This document shows positions 40,119 through 48,996 of a DNA stretch of 64,000 nucleotides, in pieces (position 1 is the first letter of the stretch; the number at the start of each line of letters is the position of its first letter). Under the pieces are notes generated by a model. The model worked only from the letters and a program-made list of their open reading frames with translations, was not told the DNA's origin and searched no databases. Source of the DNA: an uncultured Gammaproteobacteria bacterium (GTDB lineage: Bacteria; Patescibacteriota; Microgenomatia; Levybacterales; UBA12049); NCBI GenBank assembly GCA_964507055.1, contig CAZDOJ010000001.1:529313-593312 (forward strand). The letters run 5' to 3'. Both the position numbers and the translations under genes were made by a program.

Positions 40119-41105
40119 CTATTCACCTTCACTACGGACAGATTTGATAAGAGCAAGGATAACCTCACTTGTCTTATGTGCATGATCTTTATTGAATAAG
40201 AGAGACATATGCGTACTCTCAGGAACAGTAATTCTTGTACTCTCAGAGGATAAGTTAAGTAAATCACCTTGTAAAATATTCCAATCTTCATTTGCCTCAT
40301 CAGATGAAATCACTCGAATAGGAATCCCTCCCAAACTACTCATCTCTTGTGATTGCGAAAGTATTTTCTCCGACTGATTATTCTCATTTGCCATACTGAG
40401 GAAGTACTCTGGAGATGACCAGAAGTATTTGTATTCATCTTGCTCTCTATCAGGTAACGAATTAAAATCCGATGTACCTCCGAAAGTAATATATGCCCGC
40501 ATTATTCCAATCCGTGCAAGATATGAGTAGAAAGTAAAATTGCTTGCAACATTTTTTGCTTGGATGCCATATTCTGGATAATTTTTAATTTGATATGGAT
40601 GTGATGAATCAACGAGAACAAGCCCTAGCACTTCATCAGGATACAATTCCTGGTATTTTCGAACGTAAATACCTCCAATAGAATGGCCAACAAGAATATA
40701 TTTATCATTGAGTTGTGCACCAGTTAATGCTGTATGTAGATCTTTTGCTACTTCTTCAAGGTTTCCTTCAACATTCTCTCCAGTACTCCAACCTCTTCCC
40801 TGTCTATCATAGGAACAAACACGCGTTTCCTTTGTCAATTCCGGCTGAATCCAACCCCAAGATGAAGATAATTGGCCTGATGCGGCTTCTAAAATAACTG
40901 TAGGGCTTCCGGTACCTGTACATTTTAAGTGAATTGAATAGTCATTTGCCTTAATTAATTTACCAGGTATTTCAATTTTGGAACGATCTTGTTCTGTAGA
41001 AACTGTTTGATATAAATATCCAAGAACAATAATTCCCAAAAAGGAATAACCAAGTATTGTCGCAACTTTCTTAATTCGTTCTAAAATTGGAGGAAGATCG
41101 ATCAC
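40119..41105 (-). CDS. Alpha/beta hydrolase with N-terminal TM anchor
   Basis: GHSIGG nucleophile motif; N-terminal hydrophobic helix. Confidence 0.6.
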   Translation of the reverse strand: MIDLPPILERIKKVATILGYSFLGIIVLGYLYQTVSTEQDRSKIEIPGKLIKANDYSIHLKCTGTGSPTVILEAASGQLSSSWGWIQPELTKETRVCSYDRQGRGWSTGENVEGNLEEVAKDLHTALTGAQLNDKYILVGHSIGGIYVRKYQELYPDEVLGLVLVDSSHPYQIKNYPEYGIQAKNVASNFTFYSYLARIGIMRAYITFGGTSDFNSLPDREQDEYKYFWSSPEYFLSMANENNQSEKILSQSQEMSSLGGIPIRVISSDEANEDWNILQGDLLNLSSESTRITVPESTHMSLLFNKDHAHKTSEVILALIKSVRSEGE

Positions 41106-41148
41106 ATCTGTAGTATAGCGAATAGCTGTTATTTTGCAAAAGTGGAAG

Positions 41149-41577
41149 CTATTTTTTCCATTTCCCTACAGCTTTTACAAGCTCTTTACGTCTTTTATCA
41201 GTGTCTTCACTTATTTGTTGTGCAAATAATCGTTCATCTTTGGTCTCGGCTCTTTCAGATGCAATTGCTGTTGTGACCCAATTATTATAGAAACGGACGA
41301 GTAGATCGAGTACATTACTTTCAATACTTTCTAAATAGTTTAATAATTGATGTACTTTTCTGTCATCTTCAGGAAGCTTCCTATATTTTGATGCTTGTCC
41401 CTCCGCACAAAGATCTAAAATCTTGTTAGCAAGCTTTCTTTTATCTGAATTGGCAAATCGCCACCGTTCAAAGAGAGCATCAATAGAATTGCCAAAAAAT
41501 TTAAACAGTAAATTCGCAGCAAATGTCCCTACAGCAGAACCAGCAACAACAATCCAACTTATAAATTCAGGTGTCAT
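41149..41577 (-). CDS. Hypothetical membrane-anchored protein
   Basis: N-terminal TM, Lys/Arg-rich remainder. Confidence 0.3.
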   Translation of the reverse strand: MTPEFISWIVVAGSAVGTFAANLLFKFFGNSIDALFERWRFANSDKRKLANKILDLCAEGQASKYRKLPEDDRKVHQLLNYLESIESNVLDLLVRFYNNWVTTAIASERAETKDERLFAQQISEDTDKRRKELVKAVGKWKK

Positions 41578-41638
41578 AGTATGATATAGATTATAGCATT
41601 AAATAAAAATAACTCATATTAGTCTATTACTTAATCAT

Positions 41639-42238
41639 ATGATACTATACATCCAGACCCTTATGGTTTATCAAGATAAAAAATTTACTGGAAATGATAT
41701 AAAAGGTGAAAATTTTACAAACGACGAATTTATTAATTGTGTATTTGATGAATTAAACTGTAAATTTACTTCTTTTAATAAATGTACATTCATTTCTTCT
41801 GACCTGTCTGCGAGTAAATTTGAGCTTACTACATTCACAAAATGCAGCTTCTTCGAGAGTAAATTAAGCTTTATAGATTTCTCTGATATTACAATACAAG
41901 AATGTGATTTTACAAAAGCCGTGATGCGAAGTTGCACATTTCACAGATTTCAATCAGGGAGTACAAGCCAAAAGAAAAAATATAACTTATTGAATTGTGT
42001 TTTTGAAAATGCAGATCTTGCCAACTCTCTTTTCTCATATTGTGAATTACAAAAAGATAATTTCAAACATGCCAACTTAGAAAATGTAGCATTTGATGCC
42101 TGCAATCTTAAAGGTGCAAATCTTGCTGGTGCAAATATAAAAGGTGCAACCTTCTCTGATTCAGCGATGAATAAGACAGTGTTGGATATTGAAGGAGTTA
42201 TCGCCTACGCAAATTCCAAAGGATTTATACTTGAATAA
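41639..42238 (+). CDS. Pentapeptide-repeat protein
   Basis: Consecutive A(D/N)LxxA(N/D)L-type pentapeptide repeats (ANLENVAFDACNLKGANLAGANIKGATF). Confidence 0.7.
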   Translation: MILYIQTLMVYQDKKFTGNDIKGENFTNDEFINCVFDELNCKFTSFNKCTFISSDLSASKFELTTFTKCSFFESKLSFIDFSDITIQECDFTKAVMRSCTFHRFQSGSTSQKKKYNLLNCVFENADLANSLFSYCELQKDNFKHANLENVAFDACNLKGANLAGANIKGATFSDSAMNKTVLDIEGVIAYANSKGFILE

Positions 42239-42239
42239 G

Positions 42240-43739
42240 CTATCCGTTAAAGTTTGAGATATCTTTGGGGATCCAGTATTTAATTGTATTTTCTGGAAGA
42301 ATCATAATTCTGCTTGGAGAAAGTCCTTCTACAAACTCTTCTGTATGACTCACAAAAAGCATTGCTCCTTTGTACGCTTTTAACGCTTCCAATATTGTAC
42401 GCTGTGATACCATATCTAGATATGTTGTTGGCTCATCAAGAATAAGCAAATTATAATTTCTTAACATTAGCATAGCAATTGACAGTCTTGTTTTCTCACC
42501 TCCTGAGAGAGAACCTACCTTTTGGTAAATTCTTGGACGTGCAAAGTTAAACGTACCAAGAATTGGTAATATTTGTGACATCGGCAAATTACAATGTTCC
42601 TCAACCATTTCAATAATTGTTTTATTAAAATCAAATGTCTCAAACTCTTGAGAATAATATCCAATATGTAACATCGGATCTTTAATAATTTCGCCTGTGT
42701 CAGGCTGTAGTCGCTCCATAAGAATCTTAATAAAGGTACTCTTTCCTGCCCCATTTGGGCCATAAAGAGCAATCCGCTCACCCCGTTTAATAGAAAGCGA
42801 AATGTCTGAAAGAATAGTATTTCCTTCAAAACTAATTGAGATATCTTTGGCTTGTAAGGGAATTTCGCTGGTATGTTGTGGATCTGGTAAATTAAATTTA
42901 ATATTTCTTACCTCCTTTGGTAACTCTGGTAATTTGTCTTTGATACGATCAATACGATTCTGTACGTTAGCACGTGCACGAGCTCCTTTTTCTGTCATAC
43001 CACTTGCCATCTTAAGCAAACTTTTCTTCATACGAGCAATTTCTTTTTGATCATTTTCATATTTCTTCACAAGCATTGCATCATTACGACCTTTCAGTTG
43101 TACGTATTTTGTGTAATTACCTTTATATTCCTCAATTTTCTTGGTAGTCGGATTAATAGCGATGATTTTATCAATATGTCGATCCAGAAGATTTATGTCA
43201 TGAGATATGACGATAAGTGTGTGAGGATATTCACTCAAAAATTCCATGATCCAGCGTTTGCCTTCGGCGTCAAGAAAGTTTGTAGGTTCATCAAGAAGAA
43301 GTACATCCGGCTCTTGAATAATTGCACGGAGAAGTGCCAGCTTTGTTCTTTGTCCTCCACTAAGAATTTTTGGTTTGGTATCTAACTCTGCATTTACTTC
43401 AAGGGCTTCGAGCATAATCATCAACTCGTACATCTCTTTTTTCATCTCTGGATCTATATAGCTCTGAATATCTACAGCGTTTTCTAATTCTGGATCATGC
43501 TTTACTTCTTGAGGCACATACCCGACGGTCCCCATAATCTGCAGTGTTCCATCAGTAGGATGTTCTTCTCCACGAAGTAATTTAAAAAGTGTTGATTTAC
43601 CTGCTCCATTTGGGCCGACAAGTCCTACCAATTCCCCTTTAAGGATGGAAAAGCTGGAATCATCATAGACGTTAAGTCGTGCATAACCATAGGAAATATT
43701 TTTAGCAATAATCATAAAAATCAAAAGAGAAAGGTACAA
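42240..43739 (-). CDS. ABC-F family ATPase (two ABC domains, no TM domain); likely start ATG 43712
   Basis: Two Walker A sites (GPNGAGKST twice) and two signatures (LSGGQRTK, LSGGEKTR). Confidence 0.8.
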   Translation of the reverse strand: MYLSLLIFMIIAKNISYGYARLNVYDDSSFSILKGELVGLVGPNGAGKSTLFKLLRGEEHPTDGTLQIMGTVGYVPQEVKHDPELENAVDIQSYIDPEMKKEMYELMIMLEALEVNAELDTKPKILSGGQRTKLALLRAIIQEPDVLLLDEPTNFLDAEGKRWIMEFLSEYPHTLIVISHDINLLDRHIDKIIAINPTTKKIEEYKGNYTKYVQLKGRNDAMLVKKYENDQKEIARMKKSLLKMASGMTEKGARARANVQNRIDRIKDKLPELPKEVRNIKFNLPDPQHTSEIPLQAKDISISFEGNTILSDISLSIKRGERIALYGPNGAGKSTFIKILMERLQPDTGEIIKDPMLHIGYYSQEFETFDFNKTIIEMVEEHCNLPMSQILPILGTFNFARPRIYQKVGSLSGGEKTRLSIAMLMLRNYNLLILDEPTTYLDMVSQRTILEALKAYKGAMLFVSHTEEFVEGLSPSRIMILPENTIKYWIPKDISNFNG

Positions 43740-43825
43740 ATATTAGTTGTGAAGACAAATAATGTGGTTCATTTTTTCTTTTTCTGGACTTAATTATACC
43801 AGATTAGAATGATATCTCATTTTTC

Positions 43826-43858
43826 CCCACAAAAAAACTCATTGTAAAATGAGTTTTT
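43826..43858 (-). terminator. Rho-independent terminator downstream of csp
   Basis: Hairpin aaaactcatt-gtaaa-aatgagtttt, followed on the minus strand by a U-run. Confidence 0.6.
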
Positions 43859-43876
43859 AAGTATAGTTTTTCGTAA

Positions 43877-44074
43877 TTAAGCTCGTGCTACGTTTTTTGC
43901 ACTTGCGCCTCTATCACCGTTTACTATTTCAAATGTGACTTTGTCACCGATTTGAATTTCATCAAAAGTTACATCTTTTAGATCATTTGCATGAAAAAAT
44001 ATATCCTTTGATTCGCCATCTCGACTAATGAAACCAAATCCTTTATCTGTTTTAGTTTTAATTGTACCGTTCAT
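43877..44074 (-). CDS. Cold-shock protein (CspA family)
   Basis: KGFGFI RNP1 motif, 65 aa. Confidence 0.85.
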   Translation of the reverse strand: MNGTIKTKTDKGFGFISRDGESKDIFFHANDLKDVTFDEIQIGDKVTFEIVNGDRGASAKNVARA

Positions 44075-44172
44075 ATTTTTGTTCTCCTTTCTCTATTTGA
44101 TTATAGCAGAAACTATAAGTTTGCACATAGCAGGCAAATTCGTGCCTAAATGATTACTGGTATAATGGGAGC

Positions 44173-44301
44173 ATGAGAATCAAATATGTGTTCCACTGCT
44201 CCCAATGCGAAATGGAATATACGCTGGAGTCACTTATATGCCCAAAGTGTCAAACTGCTAAATTCATTCGTGTGAGCCAACAGATTTCTGTAAGTGATTA
44301 A
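44173..44301 (+). CDS. 42-aa zinc-ribbon peptide (MRIKYVFHCSQCEMEYTLESLICPKCQTAKFIRVSQQISVSD)
   Basis: Translated by hand; CxxC(14)CxxC pattern. Below the ORF-track cutoff. Confidence 0.35.
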   Translation: MRIKYVFHCSQCEMEYTLESLICPKCQTAKFIRVSQQISVSD

Positions 44302-44342
44302 AAAATCATTGTAGGTCTCACACATCAGTTTTAGCATCTAAT

Positions 44343-44933
44343 TTAATTCTCACTTGTTGAGAATACATACCAATGAATTTCAGAAGACTCATCTATTTCT
44401 GGCAATAACAAAATTGTTGTCTTTTTAGTCTCTGCACCTGTAATTTCTCCCTTTATTGAGGCTCCACTTCCGTTTTCTGTAACACGAAATGTTTCTGGAA
44501 AAAGTTTCAATTTTGAGTTTGGAGGGAGAAGAGGTGTGGTATTTGAAGCACGAAGCATAGGATGAAGAGTTAAGTTAACTTTTGCAATATCCTGAGAAAC
44601 TAATCCCTCTTCCAATCTTTGTATATCTTCTTGAGAAATTGATGCTTTTGTTCCCGCTGGTTGAGGTTTTGAGTAAACAGTAGGTACTACTGTTGTCGGA
44701 GTATTTGTGGGGGTAATTGTCTGTGTTGTGGGCTCTGCTGCTTCTTTTGTACTATTTTGAGCATTCATTAAAAATACTGTCGTACTGGCAATACACACGA
44801 TAATAAGACCGACCACTGCAATGAGGACTATGGGAAATTTCTTTTGTGTAGGCGGTACTGGCTGTAGAGGGACTTGCGGTGACTGTACAGGAACTTGTGG
44901 TGGTGCCGGTTGCTCATTAACTTGATTTTCCAT
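44343..44933 (-). CDS. Hypothetical Pro/Gln-rich membrane-anchored protein
   Basis: N-terminal PQVP repeats, single TM, extracellular Thr/Pro-rich segment. Confidence 0.4.
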   Translation of the reverse strand: MENQVNEQPAPPQVPVQSPQVPLQPVPPTQKKFPIVLIAVVGLIIVCIASTTVFLMNAQNSTKEAAEPTTQTITPTNTPTTVVPTVYSKPQPAGTKASISQEDIQRLEEGLVSQDIAKVNLTLHPMLRASNTTPLLPPNSKLKLFPETFRVTENGSGASIKGEITGAETKKTTILLLPEIDESSEIHWYVFSTSEN

Positions 44934-45056
44934 ATATTTATTGTAGAGAATATAGACTCTTTTAACAATAGCTCTTGATCAGCTTCTAAACGAACTAAGA
45001 TAGTTGTGCCTGATTTCTAAAATTGAATTTTTTTGATAAAATGTGGATAACAACAT

Positions 45057-45239
45057 ATGAATTTATTAAACTTTTATGTAATTTTGACTGTGCTTGGTAT
45101 TTTATTAGATATTTTTGTACTTGTTTTGGCAAATAACCAAGCTACAACTGAAATCTTGGCCTTCTGCTTGATAATAGGGATTTTATGCCTGATTATCGGA
45201 ATACGTGGTATAGCCGGTAAATTTAAAGCCTACATGTAG
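45057..45239 (+). CDS. Hypothetical 60-aa two-TM peptide
   Basis: ORF with two hydrophobic helices. Confidence 0.3.
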   Translation: MNLLNFYVILTVLGILLDIFVLVLANNQATTEILAFCLIIGILCLIIGIRGIAGKFKAYM

Positions 45240-45487
45240 AATAACGAGTACTATTTTTCGAACTGCTTATGGAGTACTCTACTAGAGTATATGAGACAAT
45301 GCACTATGCTTAAATACGTGTTCCAATTTACAATCAAATCTAATTACTTTCTCACTTAATACTGAATTATATAATTCTTCAATGACTGTATCGTATTAAT
45401 CCAATGAACTGAGCAACAGATCCTTCTGATTTCGTTTCAAATTAACTTGCTATCTCTTTATAGATTGAGGAGTATCCCTTTTCGGTC

Positions 45488-46948
45488 GTGTATAATAGTT
45501 TTATGAGTGTCAACTGGATAAAATCAGAAAGATTAAAGAGAGAGATTAGCCAAGCTAAGTTAGCTAAAGTTCTCAATGTAGTTCAAGCTAAATTATCGGA
45601 ATGGGAAACTCATAAAAAACCAATCCCTTCTTCAATTGAACAAGAGATTAAAGAATTCTTTTTAAAATATGACTCAATATCTGATGAAGAGAAAGGCAAA
45701 TTAATTACCCGAAGAAAATATTCACAAATTAGATATGATGTACATACCGCAAAGTCTAAACAAAATAAGGGCAAAAGCACGAATGGAACAAAAAAGGCTC
45801 TCCCATTAAATTCCTATAAAAAAGCACCCAATACTCTCACTGGAATTGCGTTGTTTGCAGGCTGTGGAGGATTATCACTAGGCTTCAAAAATGCAGGAGT
45901 ACGTGTTTTAGGTCATGCTGAATTACAAGAAGATATTCAAAAAACGTATCAAGATAATTTTAAGGATTCCATTCCTTTAGGCAATGATGTGAGGGATATC
46001 AGCAATAATGAAGTAAAAGAATGGAAAAAACACTTTGGTGAGGTTGATTTTCTTTTTGGAGGTCCACCATGTCAAGGATTCAGCCTTGCAGGAAAAAGGG
46101 ACGTGTTTGATCCCAGAAATGAACTTTATCTAGAATTTGCGAGAATAGCTTCAGAGCTAAAACCTAAAATTGTCGTTTTGGAGAATGTGAGACTTCTAAC
46201 TTCCATGAAAACCATTTATGGAGACTTGGTCGCAGATGATATTGTTAAAAGATTTGATGAGGCAGGCTATAGAATGACGTATCAAGTTTTGAATGCAAAG
46301 AATTACGGAGTTCCACAATCAAGAGAAAGGGTTATATTTATTGGCATAAGAAAAGATTTTAGCAATAGACCTATTGTCTTTCCCATTCCAACTCATGGAG
46401 AAAAAGGCCTACAAGCCTCTCTGTTTGGACTAGATCAGTATAAAACATTTAAAGATGCTACGGGGGATTTAGAGAAGTTAGAGTCAGGCGAGAGTTCAAA
46501 GACCGATGAATTACATTTTGCGATCAAGCATCCTGAGCACGTTATTAAAATGTTAAAAGCAACTCCAGAAGGTAAAAGTGCTCACGAAAATGAAGATCCT
46601 AATTTGAGACCAAAATCTGGATTTAATACTACATATAAAAGGCTCCGTTGGGATGAACCATGCTCTACAATCAGTACTAATTTTTCAATGATTTCCGGAT
46701 CTAGAAATGTACATCCAAGCAATACTCGTTCATTAACGATAAGAGAAGCCGCACGATGTCAGACATTTCCAGACTCGTTTAAATTCAGTGGTAAATGGGG
46801 TGTGATAAGAACTATGATTGGAAATTCTGTTCCACCAAGATTAGCTGAAGTATTAGCAAACCACTTAATTGAAGAATTTATGACTGAGCCTCAGGTAAAA
46901 CAGCAGCCTCAATCGGAAGTTTATAAAAATATCCTGCTTCAAGATTAA
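45488..46948 (+). CDS. DNA (cytosine-5)-methyltransferase with N-terminal XRE-type HTH domain (start GTG 45488 or ATG 45503)
   Basis: Motif I LFAGCGGLSLGF. Motif IV GGPPCQGFS. Motif VI ENV. Motif VIII QSRERV. Motif X GNSVPP. N-terminal HTH ISQAKLAKVLNVVQAKLSEWE. Confidence 0.85.
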   Translation: MYNSFMSVNWIKSERLKREISQAKLAKVLNVVQAKLSEWETHKKPIPSSIEQEIKEFFLKYDSISDEEKGKLITRRKYSQIRYDVHTAKSKQNKGKSTNGTKKALPLNSYKKAPNTLTGIALFAGCGGLSLGFKNAGVRVLGHAELQEDIQKTYQDNFKDSIPLGNDVRDISNNEVKEWKKHFGEVDFLFGGPPCQGFSLAGKRDVFDPRNELYLEFARIASELKPKIVVLENVRLLTSMKTIYGDLVADDIVKRFDEAGYRMTYQVLNAKNYGVPQSRERVIFIGIRKDFSNRPIVFPIPTHGEKGLQASLFGLDQYKTFKDATGDLEKLESGESSKTDELHFAIKHPEHVIKMLKATPEGKSAHENEDPNLRPKSGFNTTYKRLRWDEPCSTISTNFSMISGSRNVHPSNTRSLTIREAARCQTFPDSFKFSGKWGVIRTMIGNSVPPRLAEVLANHLIEEFMTEPQVKQQPQSEVYKNILLQD

Positions 46949-47891
46949 ATTGTAGTTGAGTTGGGTGTTGTTTCTGTCCTCCCCTTTGAAACTGAATGAA
47001 CCCAAATCGAGGAGCAAAATGAGCATTAACATCTCCTCTATATGTCCCTTTTCTTATTAAATATGACTTTAACCAGAAACCTTGATATTTCTTAGAAAAT
47101 TCTATCAATTTTTCCATTTCAAAAATAGCTATCTCACAATCGTTGTAATCATTAAAGGACTTCGTTTGGTGTAGCAAAAATTGTGGAGGAAATGGATCAT
47201 TTGAATACGCTTTTTGAAGTAAGATACGAGTTATTTCACTTTGGTTATCTGAAAATATTTTTAATAGCTCCTCTTTTTCTTTCTCAGGTAATTCCTCATA
47301 GAACCATCTGTTTGGATCAGATTTTCTCTCTTTGTTTATTTCATTATCTAGAGGACGATATCCAGCATCTCCACAAAACATTTTTAATGCGATTTCAGCC
47401 TCTTTTGATACATCAACACCATTTACTCTAAGCAGTGAGCAAAAAGCTGACGCTGTAGTGAAGTATATTTGATCATTTGTAGGAGAAGTCTTATTACAGG
47501 TTTTAACAGATACTCCTGTTTTATAGATCCCGCTCTCATGTTTTATCTCTACAAGAATATCACTTTTAGATTTCCTCACAGCTACTCCCTTATCATCTAG
47601 GACTTCATCTCCCAATCCTGATGTTGCTAAGCCTCCTAGCCACCACGCTTTTACTGCTTCTACTTTTTTTAATTTTTTAGACTTAACTATATAATTAATT
47701 AATGTTTTTGCAGGATTTCCCACTACAAGATTTCCTTCAGGAAAATCTGTCATCAAATCTATCTTTAGATCAAACTCATTAATAATTTCAGAAAGAGTCT
47801 TTTCAAAGGTATGACCGTAATTTCGGCCAGTTGTACCTGCCAGAATTTGGGCTAAATGCTTCGCGTCGGTTGGTGTTAGAGCCATATACAC
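46878..47891 (-). CDS. Uncharacterised protein, candidate Type II restriction endonuclease partner of the C5-MTase
   Basis: Convergent to the MTase and overlaps its 3' end by 71 nt. Candidate PD-(D/E)xK arrangement VLDD(99-100)...x15...E116-I-K118. No other family assignment possible. Confidence 0.4.
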   Translation of the reverse strand: MYMALTPTDAKHLAQILAGTTGRNYGHTFEKTLSEIINEFDLKIDLMTDFPEGNLVVGNPAKTLINYIVKSKKLKKVEAVKAWWLGGLATSGLGDEVLDDKGVAVRKSKSDILVEIKHESGIYKTGVSVKTCNKTSPTNDQIYFTTASAFCSLLRVNGVDVSKEAEIALKMFCGDAGYRPLDNEINKERKSDPNRWFYEELPEKEKEELLKIFSDNQSEITRILLQKAYSNDPFPPQFLLHQTKSFNDYNDCEIAIFEMEKLIEFSKKYQGFWLKSYLIRKGTYRGDVNAHFAPRFGFIQFQRGGQKQHPTQLQFNLEAGYFYKLPIEAAVLPEAQS

Positions 47892-48164
47892 GTGTATTCT
47901 AACACGCTATAGTTTCTGTGAGTAGATTAGAAATGATCTGTCCCAAAACTGAAACAATTATTGAAGCTAAAACAACATAAAGCGGGGTAGTTTAGAGACA
48001 GTTTTGCAATTTTTACAGTATTAAGAAACAAAAGGATAATGCGAATCTTTTTGGTCTACTCTTTGATGAAAAACCAACTTATGAAGAACTAGTTCATCAA
48101 ACACCTAAATTAGCCTGTCTAATCAAGCTACATGAGGACTTCAATAAGACTAAATCCTTGAATG

Positions 48165-48236
48165 TGAGCCGACCGGGATTCGAACCCGGGACCAAGAGCT
48201 TAAAAGGCTCCTGCTCTACCGCTGAGCTATCGGCCC
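48165..48236 (-). tRNA. tRNA-Lys (anticodon TTT)
   Basis: Hand fold: acceptor GGGCCGA/TCGGCTC, anticodon loop CTTTTAA, T-loop TTCGAAT. Confidence 0.8.
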
Positions 48237-48330
48237 ATATGATAGCTGTAAAACAGACAAACTTAATTATACCAACCCGTGAGGCTATTGACAAGTAAAG
48301 CTTATCATGGGATACTCTCATATAATAAAT

Positions 48331-48993
48331 ATGGTCCCCGAAGTTGCAGACACACTGCTTGAATCATTAAATAGAGGGCTGCTCACAGCAGCATCTTTCG
48401 TGCCTAACTTACTCTCTGGAACAGTAATTCTTCTCATTGGTATTGTCATCGGAGCTGTAATAAAAAAGATCATTCTTGGCATTTTTGGTGCAATGAAAAT
48501 TGAAGCATATTTGAAGAGATATGGTATCCCTGAAGCCAATAAAGAATTTAGTTGGAGTAATATTCTCTCAGAAATTGCTCGATGGTTCATCGTAATCCTT
48601 TTCTTAATCCCAACAGCGGAGATCTGGGGATTGCCACAAGTCGCAACTATTTTAAATACATTCCTTTTGTACCTTCCAAATGTTTTCGTTGCTGCAATTA
48701 TTGGCTTGGTAGGACTCGTCTTTGCACGATTGGCTTCTGATGTTGTGGCTGCATCTACAAGAGAATTAAACCCAGGAGTTTCAAAAACAGTTGCATCAGT
48801 TGTACGTATTGCTTTGACAATTTTTGTTTTACTTGCCGTATTAAATCAACTTGGCGTAGCACAAGATCTGATCCGAATCCTCTTTACAGGATTTGTAGCA
48901 ATGATTGCTTTGGCTGGTGGAATTGCATTTGGATTGGGCGGAAAAGATTTCGCTAAATCACTGCTCGATAGCCTCAAGAAAAAAGTAAAATAA
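48331..48993 (+). CDS. Membrane protein built from conserved TM-helix repeats (MscS N-terminal TM_helix-like)
   Basis: Repeated amphipathic TM units (LLxxxIGxVIGxxI...). ATG 48331 preferred; the track starts at 48307. Confidence 0.45.
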   Translation: MVPEVADTLLESLNRGLLTAASFVPNLLSGTVILLIGIVIGAVIKKIILGIFGAMKIEAYLKRYGIPEANKEFSWSNILSEIARWFIVILFLIPTAEIWGLPQVATILNTFLLYLPNVFVAAIIGLVGLVFARLASDVVAASTRELNPGVSKTVASVVRIALTIFVLLAVLNQLGVAQDLIRILFTGFVAMIALAGGIAFGLGGKDFAKSLLDSLKKKVK

Positions 48994-48996
48994 GAA

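Noticed and set aside
44900-45490. Searched for a direct repeat of the tRNA-Lys(TTT) 3' end (attL/attR) bounding the R-M islet
   Set aside because: Only a 7-mer (ttcgaac at ~45256) matches, so there is no convincing att duplication and no integrase. Mobility of the islet is therefore unproven.
48097-48321. 74-aa ORF covering tRNA-Lys(TTT), and the 83-aa ORF 50074..50325 covering tRNA-Glu
   Set aside because: The sequence folds into canonical tRNA cloverleaves. The ORFs are artefacts of the six-frame track.
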